A stretch of 64,000 nt of DNA from contig CALNYX010000017.1 of NCBI GenBank assembly GCA_942490925.1, forward strand, positions 1,026,191 to 1,090,190, in the 5' to 3' direction. The notes beneath the pieces were generated by a model. The model ran no database searches, was not told the origin of the DNA, and saw only the letters and a program-made list of their open reading frames with translations. The position numbers and the translations under genes are program-made. Positions within the stretch are counted from its first letter, which is position 1. Every line of letters begins with the position of its first letter. The stretch comes from an uncultured Chlamydiaceae bacterium (GTDB lineage Bacteria; Chlamydiota; Chlamydiia; Chlamydiales; JAAKFR01). This document shows, piece by piece, positions 27,756 to 37,800 of the stretch.

Positions 27756-27995
27756 CATTAGGTTTTGAGGGAATTGGGCGTGGTGAGTTTGGGTGATCTT
27801 AGGCGAGGGCAGTGCCCAGAAAGAATTTCAGTCTAAAAAGAGTGACCGTTTGCGGATTCTCGACGAGGGCAGTACGTGGAACATTAGGTTTTGAGGGAAT
27901 TGGGCGTGGTGAGTTTGGGTGATCGTAACAAGGGCAGTGCGAGGAGCACGGCCGAGGAGGGATCAGCCAAAATAACCCGCCCAATTCCCTCAAAA
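27756..27995. repeat. tRNA-Phe-adjacent repeat cluster
   Basis: Identical 43-bp direct repeats at 27756-27798 and 27882-27924; 18-bp perfect inverted repeat 27889-27906/27978-27995 extended by a 14/17 stem; core motif at 27929-27959. Confidence 0.85.
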
Positions 27996-28068
<73 letters not shown>

Positions 28069-28080
28069 GGTAAGCGGGAA

Positions 28081-28109
28081 AGAATAGAAAAGCGCATGCT
28101 AAATTGCAA
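28081..28109 (-). promoter_or_regulatory. tRNA-Phe promoter
   Basis: TTGCAA-17 nt-TATTCT, 12 nt upstream of the tRNA. Confidence 0.6.
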
Positions 28110-28155
28110 TCAATTTTTTCTAGGTGCTCAGAGATATATGAAAATTTTCAAGCAG

Positions 28156-30096
28156 TTAGTGATTTTGAAAGAAAATCATGTCTTTAACGATGTTAACTGA
28201 CTCTTCCATCCCTAAGTCATTCTCACCACAGGTCGGTCTCTCTTTGTGATCTTTGATCTGCTTGAGAAAGACTTGGAAGTTCTTATTACGCGCCACGCGC
28301 TTTTCACTATTCGCTTTGAGCTTTGGCATCGCCTCTACCCAGGTGACTTCCCGTTTTTGAAGCGCTGGAGTATAGTATTTGGTAAACCATTTGCGAGCAA
28401 ATGGATCAACGTCTGCTAGCGAATCATCGAAAGCTGGGGCAACACGATCGGCTGGAAGTGGATAATCAAGGTGCTTTTCTCCCATTGGGGCAAAATGCAA
28501 CTCTGAAGGCACAACAATATCTGATTTGACGCCTTCAATCTGAGTCGATTTACCTGAAACGGTGTAGTAACGGCCAACTGTGACTTTAAAAAAGGAATTG
28601 GTCGAATCGTCTGTCACAGTCTGATGCTGGATTGTCCCTTTACCATAGGTCTGCTCATCTCCAACAACTACGGCAACACCATAATCTTGCAAGGTCTGGG
28701 CAACAATCTCAGTTGCTGAAGCTGAACCTTTTGAAACAAGGATCACAAGCGGACCATCAAAGTATCTCTCACCATCGACAACACGGTAGTATTTGGTGGA
28801 ACCATCTGAATATTTAGAGATGACAACAACTCCATTTGAAATGAATAGGCCACTCACTTTGATTGCTTGTGAGAGGAATCCACCACTATTATCTCGCATA
28901 TCTAGTACAAGGCCATGAAGTTGACCCTCTTTACGCAATTTGGCAATTGCGGCTTTAAGATCGCGTTCACTACTCACACCATCTTCTCCTTCGTAGAAGG
29001 AGTGGAGGGTGATTTTTCCAATGAGGCCATCACCAAAAGGCTCTGATGAGATATCAACGCGCTTATCTTCAATCGCAATTTTCTTCCGTTTGAGATCAAC
29101 ATGAAAGGAGTCATCTCCCTTACGAACAATGCCAAGTGACATCCGAGTTCCCTCTTTGCCACGCATAATTTCAAGGACGTGGTGAAAGGAGGCTTCTTGG
29201 ATGGGCTTCCCATCAACTTCGACGATTGTATCTCCAGCTTGGAGCTTGCCGCATGAGTCTGCTGGGCCTCCTTTGAGGATCTCATGAATTGTAATGCCAT
29301 CGATTCCTTCTCTAAGAACGACACCAATCCCGCACATCCCCTTCTCAAGCTGCACTTTCATGGCATAAGCCTCTTCTGGGCTAAAATAGGCTGTATGTGC
29401 ATCGAGGCTGTAGGCAAGGGCTTTAAGGGTACGCAAAACAATATGGTGCTCTTTCTCTTGCTCTGAGACATAGCGCCCCTCTTCATCAATGCCTAAGTAA
29501 CGATTCTCAGAAACTGTGAGTTGTTTCTCGCAAAGTCCAACAAGTTTAGCTTCTACACCATCGTAGCTTGAATATTTAAGCTCATCCATATGCAGAGCAA
29601 TCAAACGCAAAAAACGTTGGTAGTGTCTGTTACGCAACTCTTTGCGTGATGAAATGAATTTGCTTTCGCTTTGGGGAGCATCGAGCTTAATCTTCTGTGC
29701 TTCACGCACAAGCTTAGCTGGATCTTCTTCCCAATAGGCTCGCCACTCACGCGCTCTGATGATGCTCTGCTCAATGGTACGATTGAGGGCAAAATAGGTC
29801 GTGTAACGATCGCTTTGATATTCACGGATAACGGTTTGCGCTAGGTGCTCACTGGGATTGAGGTAGGGTTTGACTTCATCAGAAGCTAAGTAAGCACAGC
29901 CACCATCGAAGTGAGTTAAATAAATTTTTAAAGAACGCTTCACAACATCTGTGTTGATCTCGGTGCGATCGATGTGATAATCGAAGAGTTGATCCATCAC
30001 TTTACGAACGTCGTTCGAGTTTAAAAGAGTATCTTTAGCAGTGAGGGGGAAAATTAATAGTATGGCAAAAATAAGCAGATAGGTGCGTCGTATCAT
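28156..30096 (-). CDS. tsp: tail-specific protease (S41, PDZ), chlamydial CT441-like
   Basis: DAHTAYFSP, GIGVVL PDZ, SASATEIV (Ser), GKGTIQ (Lys). Confidence 0.93.
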   Translation of the reverse strand: MIRRTYLLIFAILLIFPLTAKDTLLNSNDVRKVMDQLFDYHIDRTEINTDVVKRSLKIYLTHFDGGCAYLASDEVKPYLNPSEHLAQTVIREYQSDRYTTYFALNRTIEQSIIRAREWRAYWEEDPAKLVREAQKIKLDAPQSESKFISSRKELRNRHYQRFLRLIALHMDELKYSSYDGVEAKLVGLCEKQLTVSENRYLGIDEEGRYVSEQEKEHHIVLRTLKALAYSLDAHTAYFSPEEAYAMKVQLEKGMCGIGVVLREGIDGITIHEILKGGPADSCGKLQAGDTIVEVDGKPIQEASFHHVLEIMRGKEGTRMSLGIVRKGDDSFHVDLKRKKIAIEDKRVDISSEPFGDGLIGKITLHSFYEGEDGVSSERDLKAAIAKLRKEGQLHGLVLDMRDNSGGFLSQAIKVSGLFISNGVVVISKYSDGSTKYYRVVDGERYFDGPLVILVSKGSASATEIVAQTLQDYGVAVVVGDEQTYGKGTIQHQTVTDDSTNSFFKVTVGRYYTVSGKSTQIEGVKSDIVVPSELHFAPMGEKHLDYPLPADRVAPAFDDSLADVDPFARKWFTKYYTPALQKREVTWVEAMPKLKANSEKRVARNKNFQVFLKQIKDHKERPTCGENDLGMEESVNIVKDMIFFQNH

Positions 30097-30155
30097 TGAA
30101 ATCTCTTGCGGTTTCGGTTACACTCAGGTATCGACAGATTTCAAAAATACTTTAG

Positions 30156-30833
30156 ATGGATTTACCAAGTTTTTCTCTAGACCAGTTCGAAGGCCCACTG
30201 GATTTACTCATTTACCTCATTCAAAAACAAGAGGTTAATGTTTGTGATCTCGCCTTAAAAAAAGTGGCGCAACAATTTCCTCAAGAGGATGGAATTGACG
30301 TCTGTGCGGAAGTTTTGGCTCTAGCAGCGACCCTACTCTTGATGAAGAGTCAGAAGTTGATTCCTGGTGAAGAAATAGAAATGGATGAAGCGATCTCTGA
30401 TCGGATGGAGATGCTGCAGCAACTCATTGAGTATAGCCGTCTAAAAGAGGCTGCAAAATCACTCTCTATTAGGGAAGAGGGACAAAAAGTTTTTTTCCCA
30501 CGTCAAGCTCCACCTATGGAAACTTCTCGCTCTTTAGGACTTGAAGAGGTTTCTCTCGATGATTTGACGGCGCGCCTTCAAGAAGTGATGGCGCGCGCGG
30601 CAAAGCAGAAGAAGATGGTAGAAGATGATCAGTGGCATGTTGCTCCTAAAATTGAATGGCTCAGAGAGTTAATTGCCAGTGGTGAGCTGATTGCTTTTGA
30701 AGAGATCTTTTCAGAAAAGAGGTGTCGTGAGGAGTTAACAGTGATTTTTCTAGCTCTTTTGGAATTGATGAAAGAGGGAGCTATTCAAGTTTCAAAACAA
30801 GAAGACCAAGTGGTGATCCATGGCAGAAATTAA
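30156..30833 (+). CDS. scpA: segregation/condensation protein A
   Basis: FEGPLDLLIYLI and IFLALLELMK. Confidence 0.9.
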   Translation: MDLPSFSLDQFEGPLDLLIYLIQKQEVNVCDLALKKVAQQFPQEDGIDVCAEVLALAATLLLMKSQKLIPGEEIEMDEAISDRMEMLQQLIEYSRLKEAAKSLSIREEGQKVFFPRQAPPMETSRSLGLEEVSLDDLTARLQEVMARAAKQKKMVEDDQWHVAPKIEWLRELIASGELIAFEEIFSEKRCREELTVIFLALLELMKEGAIQVSKQEDQVVIHGRN

Positions 30834-31395
30834 TCTTTTAGAAAAGACGCTTGAGCGCGTTGAAAAAAGAGAGTATTGCTCTCGCACTGATGAGATTAAA
30901 CGCATTTGTGAGGCGCTACTTTTTGCGAGTAGTGACCCTGTTTCAATGGATAGGCTCAAGGAAATTGTCAATACACTCTATCCTGTAAAAACACGCGAAT
31001 TGCGAGCGATTTTGCAGCAGATGCAAGAGGATTATCAGAAGACTAAACGGGCTTTTCAAATCGATGAGATCGGTGGTGGCTATTTACTACGCACTGTTGA
31101 AGAGCTCGCCCCCTATGTTGCTCTGCTACAACAAGACAGACGGTCTGAAAAATTGTCCAATGCAGCAACTGAAGTGCTTGCTATTGTTGCTTATCGAGGT
31201 CCAATTACACGTCCTGAAATTGAGGCGCTGCGTGGAGTGGATAGCTCTGGAACTTTAGCTTCGCTCATTGAAAGAGGTCTTGTTAAAGGTGTAGGTCGCA
31301 GAGAAGCTCCTGGCCGCCCAATGGAATATGCAACCACAACAGAATTTCTTAAACATTTTGGGTTAAGGGACATCAGGGAGCTGAGCCAACTCTGA
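30820..31395 (+). CDS. scpB: segregation/condensation protein B
   Basis: EALLFAS, EVLAIVAYRGPITRPEIEALRGV, TTTEFLKHFGL. Confidence 0.93.
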   Translation: MAEINLLEKTLERVEKREYCSRTDEIKRICEALLFASSDPVSMDRLKEIVNTLYPVKTRELRAILQQMQEDYQKTKRAFQIDEIGGGYLLRTVEELAPYVALLQQDRRSEKLSNAATEVLAIVAYRGPITRPEIEALRGVDSSGTLASLIERGLVKGVGRREAPGRPMEYATTTEFLKHFGLRDIRELSQL

Positions 31396-31668
31396 TCGTT
31401 GGTAGGCATATTTGACAGCGTAGACAGTTGCTGCACAGAAGACACCTAAACCTATAAAGCTAATAAATGAGCCTGCTAGTGACGGGAAGAAGTTAAAACC
31501 TGTCATAATGATATTTGGAGTTGCACTTGTCCCCCAGAGAAAGCAGCCAACTGCAAATAAAAGAAGCGCAATGGTGCCAAGCGCAACTGTCGTGATGAGA
31601 CTATGCCGTGCATTTTGCTTCAGTTGCTCAGGCGTAGCCTCAGAGGACTTACTCAGCACTTTTGCCAT
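31363..31668 (-). CDS. small protein with bilobed hydrophobic domain; Inc-like candidate
   Basis: Hydrophilic S/T-rich N-terminus followed by two adjacent hydrophobic helices. Confidence 0.55.
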   Translation of the reverse strand: MAKVLSKSSEATPEQLKQNARHSLITTVALGTIALLLFAVGCFLWGTSATPNIIMTGFNFFPSLAGSFISFIGLGVFCAATVYAVKYAYQRSELAQLPDVP

Positions 31669-31776
31669 CCATGTGTCAGCAGGAAATTTACATGTACAAA
31701 GAGAAATAAGAGCCTCACGCTTTGATCCAAAAGAAAGTTTAAGTGCCTTTGGATTAAAAGTAAAGGCGCCTAGTTC

Positions 31777-34700
31777 TCAAAAAATAAGTAGCAATTGCCC
31801 TTTGGTTAGCCACGCTTTGTAGTTTGTGGAATCCCAGTAATACTCACTGTGGAAAACGCCTCTAATGTTCGGACGGTAGAGTTGACGCCACTCAAAATAG
31901 ACTTTGTCAGTTGAACGAAAGAGCTTGTCAAGGAAGACAGCTACACTAACAGGCTGATTGAGTTCACGGTTCCATTGCCAGGAGTGAAGATAGGCAAGCT
32001 CCATTTGTGTATTCAACCCAACATTTTTGATATAAAAGAGCGTTACATAATGCTCCCACTGCCTTTTGAAAGAGTAGTAGTCGACCTCAGTCTCTTTATA
32101 CCCACTGATACGGCCAGTATATCGTAAAGTTAATATCGGGTTATATCGCGGATAGTAGCTCTCCGCAAAGATCTCTCCACTCCACTGTCTATTGTAGGTA
32201 ATATCGTGATAAAATCTTAAAAAGCCTGTCAAGCTGAAGCGAAAACGGCGTTGAAAGAGGTACCACTCGCCATAGCCTGTGTAGGTTTGCCTCCCTAGAA
32301 AGGTCGCTTTTTGGGGAGCTGTGCTAAACTCTTTGATCAAGATGGAATCGACAATTGCAGAAAGCGTGTAAAGCGAGTCTTCTGCTTGATAGGAGATCGA
32401 TCCAGTCGGTTCGAAACGAGTCTGTTCTCCTAGAGGAAAGAGTGGATCTCCAGTATCATGGCCATGCTTCACACTAGCGCCACCGGCCAAAGAGAGATCT
32501 GCATAAGGCATCCAATCAACATTCACTGCCGTAATATTAAAAGGGACAAAAAGGTTATTGCTACCTGAAACAAGATTGATCTCCCGTTCCATCCCGGCTA
32601 AAAATGAGGCTGAAAGATTCGAGTTTTCGCTCAATGGCACCGAGCCGTAGATGATGTTGATATAGGTGTTACGCTGAGCCGAGGTTTGCTTTGTAATAAT
32701 ATCTGTTTCGCGCTCCTGGCCATACGCCATGGTTTCGCGTGCCCATGGATTTGTCCGTTTTAAAATGCGATGGTAGAGCTTATCGAGAGAATAGTTAGCA
32801 TCATCTAAAGCGTACCGTTTGAGAGCCACTTCTTTGGCTTGTCTGTTTTTATTTTGAATGTTTAAGGAACGTATTAACCCTCTCAAGGCATCTGTATTAT
32901 CGGGATTTTCGTCTAAGAGCTCTTGGAAATAGGCTTGGCCTTGCTTATAATTGTTTCGTGCAAGTTCAAGATAGCCCAAACGAAAGGTTGCATCACTATA
33001 GTTGGGATCAAGTACAAGTGTTTTACTAAGAAAATAGTCTGCCTCGCGCTTGCGTCCCATCCAAGCTGTTACGCGACCAAGTCGAAAAGTATAGTAGGGA
33101 TCTTCTGGATCGGATTGATGCAAAACATACCAACAGCGTGCTGCTTGAAGATAGTGATACGCATCTTCATACTTGTCTGCACACTCAACCATCTCTTCTT
33201 GCCATGGAGTCCGCTTTTTCTTTACTTTGCTCGCCTCTTCTCTCGCCGCTATTGCAGATTCTGCCCGCTCGATTCCAAGTAAAACATCGGGATAGTCAGG
33301 AGTGATAGCAAGTGCTTCTTCAAAAGCTTCAAGCGCCATTTCATAGCGCTCTGTTTGCATGTAAACAAGCCCGAGAAATAGATGTGCATCTGAATTTTCT
33401 GGATTGATCTCCAAGCTCCGTTTCAGAAAATCTTCAGCTAAGGTCGGCTCCTGCATACGAAAATAGAGTTTTCCAATCTGAAAGCGGTAATGGGCATTGT
33501 CTGGCTGCTCCTTGAGCAATTCTAGCCAAATGGCAAGCGCTTTTTGATACTCTGCTTTTGTCTCAAAAACACGCGCCTGTTCAAACAGTGGATTAAGTAG
33601 AGGTTTTCCCTTGAGCTCAATTTGAGCCTCTGCCTGCTCGAGTCCTATCTGCGCATCTGCGTAGTCTGGAACTTCTTTCAACACATTTTCAAAAAGCTCT
33701 TTTGCCGACTTTGGACGATCGGTTCGGAGGTAGACAAAGCCCAATGAAAGTTTTGCATCTGCATTCTTAGGATCGATTTTCAGACTCTTCTTTAAAAACC
33801 TTTCCGCCTTTGCATATTCATCTAATTGAGCATAAAGTTTTCCTATCCGGTAGAGGTAATAGGAGTTGTCTGGTGATTGTTCAATCAGCAAAAGCCAAAT
33901 GGCAAGCGCTTCACTCTCCCGATGATGGGTTTCAAGTTCAGTCGCCTCTTCGATGAGCTTGAGTTGTTTAGCAGCTTTTCGTTGCCTCTCTTTCTCTAAT
34001 GCAGCAGCTCGCTCTTCTCTTTGGATCTTGTTAAGCAATTGTGTTGCATCCGTGTAGTCAGGATGTTTGCGCAAGATTTTTAGGAGAAGCACCTTTGCCT
34101 CATCGACTTCCCCTAATTGAAAATAGAGTGTTGCAAGTGTATACTGCACATCTGGGTTGCCTGGATCAAGTGAGAGACTTTTTTCCAGTGCTTCTGCCGC
34201 ATCCCTGTAAGCTCCCATTTGCATATAAACCTTTCCCAAATGATAGAGATAGCGCGCATTATCAGGATCCTCCTTAACCAAAGCCTCCCATTGTAAAACC
34301 GCTTTATTTAACTCCCCTCTCTGTTCATCTGTTTCTGCCTGCTTAATTCTGCTTTGGGCAGCCTCTTCTTGTTTTTGCTGCATCAGAAAATGTTTTTTCT
34401 TTTTTGTGGCCCGCAGCCCTTCGTCTGCATCACGATATTCAGGTTGTGAGCTTAAGATCTCTTGAAAAAGGACTTCCGCCTCATCGAGATGATCTGTCCA
34501 GAGGTAGACATAACCGAGCATTAGCTTAGCATCTGAATTTTCTGGATTGAGCTTGATGCTAAGTTTAAGAAACTTCTCAGCTTTTGCATACTCTTTGAGA
34601 CGAGCATAATTCCACCCCATGTGATAGAGGTAGCTTGCATTATCAGGCTCGCTTTTGTTTAGCTCTGTCCAAAAAGCCAAAGCTTGTCTGTAATCACCGC

Positions 34701-34833
34701 TTTTTTCTGCTTGAATAGCTTTTTCAACCTGCTCTGAAACAGTCGATTGAGGTGTTTTGACTTCTGTCTTTGAGTTGCAGCCAGCAGACAATATCAACAA
34801 GTTGATCAAGAAGAATTTAAAGAGCTGACGCAT
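31777..34833 (-). CDS. TPR-repeat outer-membrane lipoprotein with C-terminal beta-barrel (PgaA/BcsC/YaiO/NfrA-like exporter)
   Basis: Lipobox LSAGC after ATG 34833; five repeated TPR modules; about 330-aa aromatic beta-strand C-terminus ending in Phe. Confidence 0.8.
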   Translation of the reverse strand: MRQLFKFFLINLLILSAGCNSKTEVKTPQSTVSEQVEKAIQAEKSGDYRQALAFWTELNKSEPDNASYLYHMGWNYARLKEYAKAEKFLKLSIKLNPENSDAKLMLGYVYLWTDHLDEAEVLFQEILSSQPEYRDADEGLRATKKKKHFLMQQKQEEAAQSRIKQAETDEQRGELNKAVLQWEALVKEDPDNARYLYHLGKVYMQMGAYRDAAEALEKSLSLDPGNPDVQYTLATLYFQLGEVDEAKVLLLKILRKHPDYTDATQLLNKIQREERAAALEKERQRKAAKQLKLIEEATELETHHRESEALAIWLLLIEQSPDNSYYLYRIGKLYAQLDEYAKAERFLKKSLKIDPKNADAKLSLGFVYLRTDRPKSAKELFENVLKEVPDYADAQIGLEQAEAQIELKGKPLLNPLFEQARVFETKAEYQKALAIWLELLKEQPDNAHYRFQIGKLYFRMQEPTLAEDFLKRSLEINPENSDAHLFLGLVYMQTERYEMALEAFEEALAITPDYPDVLLGIERAESAIAAREEASKVKKKRTPWQEEMVECADKYEDAYHYLQAARCWYVLHQSDPEDPYYTFRLGRVTAWMGRKREADYFLSKTLVLDPNYSDATFRLGYLELARNNYKQGQAYFQELLDENPDNTDALRGLIRSLNIQNKNRQAKEVALKRYALDDANYSLDKLYHRILKRTNPWARETMAYGQERETDIITKQTSAQRNTYINIIYGSVPLSENSNLSASFLAGMEREINLVSGSNNLFVPFNITAVNVDWMPYADLSLAGGASVKHGHDTGDPLFPLGEQTRFEPTGSISYQAEDSLYTLSAIVDSILIKEFSTAPQKATFLGRQTYTGYGEWYLFQRRFRFSLTGFLRFYHDITYNRQWSGEIFAESYYPRYNPILTLRYTGRISGYKETEVDYYSFKRQWEHYVTLFYIKNVGLNTQMELAYLHSWQWNRELNQPVSVAVFLDKLFRSTDKVYFEWRQLYRPNIRGVFHSEYYWDSTNYKAWLTKGQLLLIF

Positions 34834-34893
34834 TGAAAAAAACACTTTGTATCTTATATATAGGGGATATAACATTTTTTTGTGATTTTTGGC

Positions 34894-37800
34894 ATGATTT
34901 CCTTCCTTTGCATCGACGAAAGCAATAGCCTTGAGCCCCTTTTGTCTGAATATGCATCTCATTTTGGTTTTTCCATTGAGGTCTCTTCTGACCCCAAGAG
35001 CGTGAAAAATAAGAGTGGATATGATGCTTTTTTGCTTGTTGAGAGCAAAAAATTTGAAAATTTTGCGTCATTTTTGAATCCAGAAAGCTGCAATGTTGTC
35101 TTTTCTAATAAACACCCTACCTCTAAAGAATTTAGGCAACTTAGAGCAGATGCTTCTGTCACCTACCTTTTGGAACAGCCAATTGTAAAAACAGAGATTG
35201 TGGCGCTTTTACGTACCCTCTGCTCTCCCGGGCAAGCAGAAGAGATTGACCTTCCTCCAGAGTTGATGGAAAAGTATACCTCGACTCTCAGTGAAAAAAT
35301 CGAAGAACTCGAGGGTCTTGTCCAGAAAATCCATGCACATGGTGGTGAAAAAAAGCCTCTTGTAGACCTACGAAATGTTGTGCACAAAATCGCAGGGAGT
35401 GCTGGAGGGTATGGCTTTACAGAGGCTGGAAAACTGTGTAAACAGCAGGAACTTTACTTGCAAGGTCTCTATGGAGGAGAAACTATAACTATTTCTCCCA
35501 AAGAGATTGATACAGCTAACGTTAAATTTTTGCGAGCACTGCGTTTGAATTTTCAAAAGCTCTGTTTGCAAGAGCCTAAAGTTCGGGAGAACAAGATTCC
35601 GACTAAACCCTCCTCCCCCGTAACTAAAACTCCTGCCCAAGTCCAAACACCTTCAACTAAGATCTCACTGCTCTGTTTTGATGAAGCACACAAACTTCGC
35701 CCAGTATTGGATGAGTATGCAAACTTACTGCGCTTTTCTTATCAATCAGTAACAAATGTTGAGCAACTAGAGAAGCAATATAGTCAGAAGAATTATGACG
35801 GTGTTTTAATTGTTGAAGGTCCGCAGCTTTCGGATCCCAAACAGCTAATTGAAAGACTTAGTCAAAATAAACACTCTCCACTTGCTCTGATTGCTGATAA
35901 GTGTAGAAAAGCAGAAGTTTTTCGAGAGCTAAAAACCAAGTATGCTGTTGATTATGTCCTTGAACAGCCTGTGATTAAAGAGGAATTTCTCGCCCTTCTG
36001 CGTCAGCTCTGCCATATGAATGGTCAGTCTCATAGAGATGAAGAGTCATTGCCTAAAGAACTGATCGAAAAATATACTTCAAGTATCTATGACAAAATTG
36101 AGCGTATTGAAGAGTTGATTCAAGCATCACATGCAAACTCAGGCGAAAAGGAGCCTCTTGCCACTCTTAGAAATGAAGTACATAAAATTGCAGGAAGTGC
36201 TGGTGGTTATGGATTTTCTGAAGCAGGGCAACTCTGCAAAATGCACGAGCTCTATCTACAAGAAATTTATAGTTCGGAACCCATTATTACCCCGCAAAAA
36301 GAAATTGATGCAGCTAATGTCAAATTTCTACGTAAATTGCGTTTGAACTTTCAAAAATTGACAATCAAAACCATCGCCGACATTTCGACCCAGATTAAAA
36401 AATCTGCGTCCGCCCAAGAACAAAAAACACGCCCCCTTTCAAATATATTTCTAGTCCTTATTTCAACGGATTTAAACATTATCAGGATATTTCAAAAACT
36501 CGCAAAACGGTACCACCTTGCCTTTGAAGTCGAAAGTGATCCTCAGCACTTTCTAGACAAATGGGAGGACATTAATACCCCGCCCTTTACAATAATTGTA
36601 GAAGAGCACTACCCGTTTACAACCTATACAGGGCAATCACTATTCAAACTTCTGCGTGAAAAATGGAAAGAGGTCTCTCCAACTTTTGGAATCATGACGC
36701 AAAGTGATGAACTCGATAAACGGATAGAATGGATCGCTGAGGGGATAGATCTAGTCTTGAAAAAACCCCTTGCAGAGCAGAATATCATCGATATTTTTGA
36801 GCAACTCAGCGCACAAAAAGAGATGCACAATATCAAAGCTTTAATTGTAGATGACGATGAGGATGTTGGACTTGTTGAAAAAAATACGCTTGAGCAAATT
36901 GGTATACAAGCTGTTTACCTACAAGATGAGACCAAGCTGCTAAGGTCGCTTGAAGAGATTAACCCGCATCTTTTGATTCTTGATATCAACTTACCACACT
37001 ATAATGGAAGAGAGCTTTTACAAACACTACGTTCTGATATACGATTTCGTGATTTAATTATTGTTGTTGTCACAGCAGTCACTGAAGAGGGTTTTGATCA
37101 ATGGGCCTATGCTGAAAACTGTGATGAAATTGTTCACAAACCTATCGATACGGCACATCTCCAATCACGTATTGCAAACCTTGTTCATCGAAATATTTCA
37201 TCTCAAGAAATTTCCCGTCTTGACCGCTACACCCACCTCTATACCAAGGATTATTTCTTAGGAAAATTCTCAAATTTTCTTCTTTTGCAATCCCCTAAAA
37301 CTCACTTGAGCTTTCTATTTTTAGAAATCGATTTGTGGAATAAAATCTCTAAAATTCTAAATCCAATTGAAATTAAAGAGATCTTAATTCTTGTTACAGA
37401 ACTTATTAGAACACATCTTCAAAAAAGCGCGCTTTATGGATACATGGGCGAGGGGCGCTTTGCACTCCTTTTTCAAAACATTATGGGTGGAGAGCTTGAG
37501 TTTCTTATTAGTCGTTTTTTTGAAGCTGCCAAAAAAAAACTCTGGCTCTCTGGAAGAGAAGAGCTCAAAACAACTCTCTGTGTAGGAGCTACGCTCTTTT
37601 CTGTTGGGCAAATTGATATGGATACGATCCTATCTCAAACTGAGGAAGTTTTACACCAAGCTATGGATATTGGACCTGGACACTTTGAATTAAAACGTCT
37701 GTCTGCTTCTACAGGTGATGAAGCGCAGCAGCAAGTGATTTTAGTCGATGATGATCCAGACCTCTGTCGCGTGGTTGAACATGCCTTTAGCAATCATGGA

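Noticed and set aside
27756..27924. 43-bp direct repeats as a CRISPR array
   Set aside because: Only two copies, an 83-nt spacer that itself contains repeat motifs, and no cas genes.
24245..27995. Integrase or transposase for the tRNA islands
   Set aside because: No tyrosine or serine recombinase or DDE motifs found in the listed ORFs or intergenic frames examined.
37200..37700. Active diguanylate cyclase
   Set aside because: GG(D/E)EF, the metal-binding Asp and the substrate-binding Asn/Asp are all substituted.
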